This document shows positions 56,623 to 64,000 of a DNA stretch of 64,000 nt, in pieces. The notes under the pieces are model-generated. The model was not told where the DNA came from. It made no database searches and was given only the letters and a program-made list of their open reading frames with translations. The position numbers and the translations under genes were made by a program. Origin of the DNA: Chlorokybus atmophyticus (taxonomy: Eukaryota; Plantae; Mesostigma and Chlorokybus algae). The stretch spans positions 176,779 to 240,778 of the forward strand of contig RHPI01002264.1 in NCBI GenBank assembly GCA_009103225.1. Reading direction: 5' to 3'. Positions within the stretch are counted from its first letter, which is position 1, and every line of letters begins with the position of its first letter.

Positions 56623-56942
56623 CAGTAGTTTGCAAACTGCTGAGCACATCTAGTGGTTAGACTGGGTTGCATAGCAAACACTTACCTTCTGAGGCAGCAG
56701 ACTCAACAACCCAGCTGCAACTTTGCTGCATTGACCTTCTCCCAGCTCCCGTCGCCGCCAGCGACCTCCGCCGCTGCTAAGTTAGCGACCTGAGTAAACC
56801 CTAATAAAAACAACAATGCACTGCATTGGCAGCTGTAGCTCATCGCAGTCAGAATGGCAGCCTGACCAGAACGGAGGGCTCAGCTGCAGCGCTAAGTATA
56901 AAGGCAGCTGCTCTCCGTCCATGCAAGGAGCTTTTTCCTTGC

Positions 56943-59145
56943 ATGGACGCTGGAGCTGGAGTTGCTTTGCGCGGAGGGGCTGGTGTTGTGGCATGCGCAG
57001 TCAGCTCAGCCGGCAGCATGGCTCAGCGCATGAGCCTGGAGGAGGCTAGATTCGTTGTAGCAAACGTTAGCATGTTGTCCAGCAGCTTGTCGCCTAGCAA
57101 GCTAGAGAGTGCTAAGCGGCTTCTGGAGGAAGAGGAGCGCAGCAAGCAAGAAAGAGCTCGCTTTTAGCAAACTGACATGCACTTCAGGCAGGGCGGCCCC
57201 AGCTACACTCCTGCGCGCCCGCCAGGAACTGCTGGTGCAACAGCCATGCCGGCTGCAGCTGCACGCAAGCATGAGAGCCACCAACCAGGTACAGTTGCTT
57301 GGTTGAAACTCAACTTGCTGGTTGTGCATATTACACATAATTGTGCTTCCACATGCTGCTTAGTGCTTAGCGTTCATTGCTACGGTCACATGCATGCATG
57401 CACGCATCTATGTGACAATAGCAGTGCACAGCATTACCATTGTGCTTTCACTTGATGCTTAATGCTTAGCGTTCATGGCTACTATCACATGGATGCGTGC
57501 TTGCATGTGACAGTAGCAATGAACGCATTACTCAAGCAGATGAGCCAGTTGCAAGCAACCACGTCATGAACGCAGATGCTTGGGGCCAGCTTGACCAGGT
57601 AAGTGGCAAGCTTCTGACCTGTTGCAGGCTGGTGCTTAGTGTTCTGGCAAATCAACTCAGTTGGTCAATGACATGCAGAAGCGGACAGCTGTTTTGCAGA
57701 TGCTTGCAAGTGCTCAGCCAAACACATCAATTGCTGAGTGCGGAGAGCAAGTACGAGGGCGCTATGAGGGTGAGCACTGGTCAAGTGTACGTGAAGTACA
57801 ACCACCAGTTGCTATTATGTTTATCTCTTGTTGCTTGCGTGCAGGCTCGATCCCGAGCGTTGCGGGACGCGTTCCTCATATTAGGAACTCGCTTGTCACA
57901 GCAAAGTGGGGGACTGGTGGAGGTGATCAGGTAGGGAGAAATGCAACTGCATTGGCTGTAACGCTTTATCTTGCTCAGTCCTTGCTTTCCAACTTGCAGG
58001 GTCTTGGAAGCGGAGTTTCCTGAGTATGATTAAGAGAAACTGAAACACTACTTCCGTGGGTCCATGACAAACCGAGATCATTACAAAAAGCGCAAGGTAA
58101 GTCTGCAGGCTGAGAACTTTTGTTATGATCTCACATACTACAACACCGCATTGTAAGCTTACCTTGAGCACTGCTTGTGCCTTGCAGTCTCCAGATTATG
58201 TGGTGACAAAGCGCAAGAAGGATCCGGACACAACCCCAAGCACAACCATGGCACCAACAACAAAAGAGCTTGCACCTCGAGCTCAATAAACTGTACAGAC
58301 GCAGCAGCAGCGGAAGCATGCAACTCATCAAGCAAACTAGCTGATCCTCAGGTACTTTAGCATGCAATGACGCTTGTAGTCAAGCTATCAGCCCCTCAGG
58401 CAACATTGGTATTTAAATGGTAGTGCGTGCGATGAAGGTGATTGCTTGATGGTTACATGTGGCTACAACAGGATCCCAAGGCTCCTGCAGTTGAGGAAGT
58501 GCGCCAGTCCAAAAGGCGTGCAGTCTCCAAGAATCCAATCAAAGCTGGCACACACGACAATGATGCAATGCTGCAGCCACGAAGCCCATTCGATCGCGAT
58601 AGTCTGGACGAAGAGCTGCTTGATGTAAGTGCAACAAAATGGTTGGTGTACTCTACTGGCAGTCACTGTTGTGTCACTTGTAGTTACTCGCGCTGTGAAT
58701 GACTGCAAATATCAGGTATACACGATGTTAGCAACACCGCTCCTTGCAGGTGGTGACAAAGACTCGCAGTTCGCAGCGTGAGCCTGCCGCAGAGCAGGTG
58801 CATTTGTGGCTCAAGTCTGGGAAGAAACCCGTGGCTATTGCACGCCGTTGTGCGGACGCACTGAGCGCCGGTGTGCACAATCACAAGCTTGCCGAGGGTA
58901 TGCTTTCTTGTGTTTGCTCGCTTCTCCATCTGCGAGCTGAGCTAAGTTGAATGCATGCAAGTTCTTTGTTTGCTCATGCCGTTGGCACATATGCAGGAGA
59001 AGTGGCCGTGTGGCTTGATGAAGTGCTGCAGCCGAGTGCGAAGCTACCGATCAGGCTTGGTGAGGTATGGAAGTTGAAAGAAGTGGAGCTGGGCAGTCGC
59101 GTCGCATGGCCGCTTGCTTACACTGGTAAGTGGTTGCGTGACTAA
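56943..59145 (+). pseudogene. CACTA second gene (TnpA/ORF2-like) with a C-terminal DUF8039-like domain, spliced and degenerate
   Basis: Several short AG/GT-bounded exons. The last two read VHLWLKSGKKPVAIAR...VHNHKLAEG | EVAVWLDEVLQPSAKLPIRLGEVWKLKEVELGSRVAWPL, the pattern seen in CACTA ORF2 C-termini. TATAAA at ~56898. Confidence 0.6.
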
Positions 59146-60099
59146 GCGCTGCATGCAACTTATGCTCTGGTGTGCATGTGTAATGAAGATGTTTGCACAT
59201 CGCGGCACCGTTGAACACGGTACGTCATGCGGCATGTGATGGTGAGGGCTGCTCGGCTTGTGAGGGTAGGTTCAAAGAGAAAGGCAAAAGCGTCCAGCGA
59301 GGCCGCTCTCGTAGGTAGGTGTACAACTCTGGAGGGTAGCATGCAGCACCAGTTCTACTTAGAACTTGTGTTGTTGGGAACGTAGTGCAGGGCATTCAAG
59401 CGCATTGCAGACAGCAGATTCAGAGACATCGTAGTGAAAGTCAGCATTGATTCGCTGACATGTAACGTGGTTGTGGTGTATATAGTAGCTCCCAATGCAT
59501 GACTGCACATGTGGTCTCACATTCAGTGCTGTGCTACAATGTATGCGACAAGCCAATGACCTAAGTTCACGCATTGTTGTCTCAAATCAGCATGCTGGAA
59601 GCACGTATCAAACATGAACGACTTGGACTCACACGATGCAGTCTCACAATCAACATGCATCGCGTGTGTACAAGCTGCATGCTGGCGTAAACATACACAG
59701 ATGTTCAAAGATGCGATTGCTAAGTCAGTCTTTTACATCTTACAACCAAGCAAGTATAGCTCACTATAAGTAGCTACTACTTGCAGGCGCTTACAACTCA
59801 TCCTAAGCTATATGGAGCAAAGTTTCAGCTGCTCCAGCGCGTGCCTCCTTTGTCGCGTGGTGTCTTTACATTACACAACCATGTTGTGCTGTAAGATGGA
59901 CAATGTAAAGCGTTAAAATTTTGTGACTGGATTTTGGTGCCTTACATCCACTTTTTAGATGTCTTATTGCAGCAAGAATTTTGTAGGGAATATCGTGCGC
60001 ACGCACATGTACACGCACTAGGGTATGCACACGTGCATGCGCACATACATGTAAGTATGTTCGTACAACACGGAGGTGGCAGCTCTGTGATGTTCACGC

Positions 60100-63000
60100 A
60101 TTAGCACTCGCCAGCTTTGGCTGGCGAGTCTATCTACAACGGCTCTCCCCTGCCACGTCAGAGGACGCACAGGGGAGAGCACGCTGTGCGCACCTGCTGT
60201 GCGCTGTCACGTCACCATGCCCTGCACCGCCAGGCATGGCGCCGCCGATGCCAGTTGCACCGGCCTTATGAGCGGTGCTCAGAGGCAAAGCAACTAGCAG
60301 CCTTGCCACGCATGGCAAGGCCTTGACTGCTGCGGCACTGGCCGCCACGGTTGTTGTTCTCGTTGGCGCCGAAGGCGCCATTGTGCTTGCTCAAGTGCGC
60401 GTGTTGCTGCTGCGCAGCGTTATGCAGCACGGCGCTGCGCCTGCTGTGCTCAATTGTTGGTCGCCGCTGGAGCCGCCGCGCTCTACCACGGAGCATTTTT
60501 TGCTGCCTCCGGAGGACGGGGTCGAGCACCAGCTGGTGGGCGACAGCTTCCGCTCTATCCAGCTGAGTGCTTAGTACCAGCAGGTGGCCCTTGGCATCGT
60601 TGTCAACGAGCTGTTGGCAATTGACATCGCCAAGCAAGTCAAGGTCCCCTACGCCGACGACCGCCCCATGCACGACCGGGTGGTCCTCGGCATCGGCCCC
60701 CTGTACGGCAGCCAGAAGCTGCGCCTGGTGGTCGAGGTCGGCATCAATTACGTCAGCCTCCCTTAGCCCCGTCGCTGCTTGCAGCAAGTGAATATAGGCG
60801 CAGGCTGCGGCACACTCGTTGTGCAGTTGCCTTCGCCAATGTCCCTGCTGCGTGTCGTGGCCTTGCAGCTCAAGTGTCAACTCAAGCTAGTGTCAGCTGC
60901 TTGCTATGCGCCGGCTGCACCCCATCGTTGTTGCCGCAGCTGCTTGCTATGTAGCTGTCGCCAACCTCTCATTGCGCTCAGCTGCTTGCTGAGCAGCTGC
61001 CGCTCCCCATCATTGCTGACGTGGCTGCTTGCCGCTGCTCACTCAGCTGCCGCAGCTGCAGCTGCCTTCTCATTGCTGATGCCGCCCCTTCCATTGTTGT
61101 CTTGCTGCAGCTGTTCCCCCCCTCCCCGTGTATTTGCGCTGCGTGACTCAGCTATGTGCCGCGGCACATATTCCGCTGCAGGTGCATGGGGCTGGCGGTG
61201 TCTGGCGCGATCCAATCATGGTACCACTGCCGCCCTTGCTGCGTGACCCAGATGTTGTGCCGGGGGCGCGCAGCTTGCGCACTGTGTTTGGCAGGGACCG
61301 CACCACCCTGCGCACTATCTGTCCAGCGCCACAAGGCAAATGGCCCGGCATCTCCCCTGCTCAGCCAGGCCCGCCACCAGCGCCGCCCGCCCAGCCCGCG
61401 CCGGCGCAGGAGCCGCTCGTTGCCGAGGTGGCACAGCAAGCGCCGCAGCCCCCGCCGCCACCTGCGCCGCCCGACCAGGTCCCGCCGCAGCAGCTCGCCG
61501 ACGTCGTCGTGAACGCCGGCCTGGGAGCTCCTCGAGCGGGTGCGCAGCAGGACCTACAGCCGGAGCAGAAGCAGGAGCCCGGCTAGGAGGCGCGCGCCGG
61601 TGAGGAGCCGGCCCCAATCCTCCCACCGCTCTCCCCCACCACCAGATGTCACGTCGTGCGCGCCTCGCCCAGCCCCTCCAGCGGCGCCGCCTCCTCCATG
61701 CCCGCTTCCTCCCCCCAAAGGCGCAGCAGCGCCTCCAGCTCTCATGGCCACCCTGCGTGCCGCCAGAAGCGCAGCTCGCCGTCGTTGCAGGCGGGAGGTT
61801 GCCTCTACAGCTGAGGCATTCCAAGCCCTCTCTGATGCCATGGACAGCTACCTTGCCCTTTATTCTAGTGAAGACGATGCAGACTCCGAATAGCGGTGAC
61901 GCTACTCAACCTCTCGACCTCCGCGCTCTCATCCATAAAGTTTACATGCCAGGACTGAGCGGAGAGTGCTTAGTGGCACGCATTGATAGCGTGGAGGATC
62001 CTACCCGAGGAACTCTCAATGTTTCAATCCTGCCCTTGCAACACAGAGCACAGGTGTCTGCAGCGTGTGTGCTCCCCATAGATGCACCTACGCACACGCC
62101 ACCACCACCTTCCCCATCGGAAGAAGAAGATGTCTTTGCCAACACCAACGGCATGATCCTCGTACCAGATGGTATGCACGTCATACAATTCACGCGCACT
62201 TCCCACTATGTGCGCGTGTGTCAGAATATCGTCAACCGCATCACCAATGACACCTCCATGCGGGGCCTTCTCAGCATGTGGCGCCGTTCGGAGCTTGTGA
62301 CAGACTCAAGATACCCTCTAATGGCAGCTTACGTACATGTGCTGCTGGAGGCTAGCCTATTTCAAGAATTTGGAGAAGAATAATGCCGCCACCTTCAGTG
62401 AAGACTGTGCCCGCTTGCTAGAGGCGGCCAAAACCAAGCTGACCGCAGCTTACACCGAGGCTCGCCTGATAGACGAGGTCTTGGGACTGTACAGTGAAAT
62501 GAGACGTACGACAGCTCAGCATCGGAGCCAATTCCAACACGTGGCCAGGTACTCGTGTTGCTTAAGGGCGGCTCTGAGCATAGTGGCCAGCTCGCCGTGC
62601 CCTTGTGTGTTGTGCTTAAGGGCGGCTCTGTGCATAGTGGCCAGGTCGCCGTGCCCTTGTGTGTGTGCTGCACTCTCACGTGCTGTCCGTGCTGGCCAGC
62701 AGCCGCCACCTTGTTTGCTTCATGCTTATGCTGGCCTCGCTGGCTTGCCACCCGCTCAGGATTGTTGGTGGCAAAGAAGCTGGGCAGCGCGATCACAAGC
62801 GCGACGCCAATGCCCCAACCAGCTAGACAAACACCGACGCCATGATCACCACCAGCACAACGTAGCTGGTGGTCGGCTGCACGAGAAACGCCCATGGCGA
62901 ACCCTGCAAAGCCTCAAGACGACAGCGTGTGAGTAGTTGAGCAGTGTCTGCAGTTGCAGCTAGGTAGTGCCAGCTTATGCAGCTGCGCATGTGCGTGCAT

Positions 63001-64000
63001 GAACTTTGTATTCCCCTCGTTTATACATGTATTTTTCGCCCCATCTTCTCTGCCTCAGCGCAATGCTGCTCTGTGCCTTGCACCCTGTTTGCGCTGCTAC
63101 ATTGAATGCATGGTAGCGCCTGCGCCTGCATACACAGCTGCATGCGCTGACCTGCATGCTACTGCCTCTCGTCTGAGGCCCCGTGCCGCAGGCATCGCTG
63201 GCCTGCACCCACAGCTCAGGCCCCCTCCCCGCTTCGAAACCTGAGCGCAAGTCGCACCATAGCCGCGTCACCAGCCTTGCCAGCGCAGCGTCGCTTGCCT
63301 GCCAAGTCGCGCAGGCTGGCATGATGCATGTGCGCAGCAGCAGCAGCTGTTGTGGCCACTGCCAGCTTCAGCGCCAAATGCATTGGCTGCTGCCTCGCAG
63401 CCTGCGCAAGCTTGCCAGCCTGCCGTGCAGCCTATCGACACTGCTGACGGCCTTACCGGCAGCTGGTGCGATGAGGACACGCCTTTTAACGCTGCCCACC
63501 CAGAGCATCAGGAGGAGCAGGTACTGCAGCTGCTCGCGGAGCAGCCATTGCTGCGCGACGAGCGCCAGTCAGCACCAGATGACTGGCCCACTCCGCGCTC
63601 TTCGCAGCCGTGGGCTGCGCAGCGCCAGCGCCTAGTAGTTGAGCAAGTCATCGCCGGCCTAGACAGCCTAGCAGCTGCGCCTCGAGCCGGAATGTTCGGC
63701 TGCGGCGTGCCTGGCGCAGCTGCAAAGCATCATGCACGATGCCACTGCCTTTACAGCAGCGCTAACGGCCCTGCATGCTGATGCGTGGGAGTGCTGGGTC
63801 AAGCATACTGACCACCCCGCAGCTCACAAAGTTCTGACTTGGCTGCGCCAGGGCCTGCCGCTGCAGTTCATTGGCACAGGGCAAGCTGCAAGCAAGAAAC
63901 TGAAGCAAATACATGCCATGCTGCGCGCGGAAGGCTGGAGCAACCAGCAGCGCCAGGCTGCATTGTACAAACGCACTCCCAGCCCGGTGCTGCTCACCAA
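60100..64000 (+). mobile_element. Probable 5' part of a DIRS/PAT/Ngaro-like tyrosine-recombinase retrotransposon, truncated by the window end
   Basis: GC-rich; overlapping Pro/Arg-Ser-rich ORF remnants at 61180-62560. The final frame AWECWVKHTDHPAAHKVLTWLRQGLPLQF (~63785-63870) resembles the segment just upstream of DIRS-type RT. The RT catalytic motifs would lie beyond 64000. Confidence 0.5.

Larger units (their letters stand above)
50433..59988. mobile_element. Full-length (9,556 bp) decayed CACTA/En-Spm element with TIRs and 3-bp TSD
   Basis: Left end CACTACAAAGTTTTAGCCCTTCAAAGACGTCT versus reverse complement of the right end CCCTACAAAATTCTTGCTGCAATAAGACATCT (22/32 identical). AAT on both sides (50430-50432, 59989-59991). 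Repeated ACATCT/AGATGT subterminal motifs. Confidence 0.88.

Noticed and set aside
60266-60880. 204-aa minus-strand ORF (ADVIDADLDHQ...)
   Set aside because: V/D/H/L/Q-rich shadow frame of the GC3-biased plus-strand ORF.

Overview
Eukaryotic nuclear DNA from the green lineage, most consistent with an early-diverging streptophyte alga. This is inferred from short GT-AG introns filled with (CA/TG)n, a plant-type ATE1, a DOXC23-like dioxygenase, a class III formin and telo-boxes. The window has three blocks. (1) 1-8.5 kb, decayed mobile DNA: a Ty3/gypsy remnant with a C-terminal PHD finger and no recognisable RT, a CryptonF-like tyrosine-recombinase transposon remnant, a composite minisatellite and a GC-rich hairpin-dense island. 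(2) 9-40 kb, eight compact spliced genes alternating in orientation: ATE1, an Aa_trans amino-acid transporter, a secreted G8/beta-helix protein with a bacterial-type C-terminal module, HVA22/REEP, a 2-ODD-C23-like dioxygenase, RPS20, an MCRS1-like FHA protein and a class III RhoGAP-like formin. (3) 40-64 kb, transposon block: a 2.37 kb non-autonomous CACTA-type element (CACATGG ends, TAT TSD) carrying intron-containing HSP70 fragments; a complete but decayed 9.56 kb CACTA element (AAT TSD) with its two genes head-to-head and a 74-bp perfect palindrome; and the start of a probable DIRS-like retroelement with unidentified ORFs. Family calls come from motif recognition by eye, not database searches. 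Exon boundaries are manual, and there are several N gaps and probable assembly artefacts.
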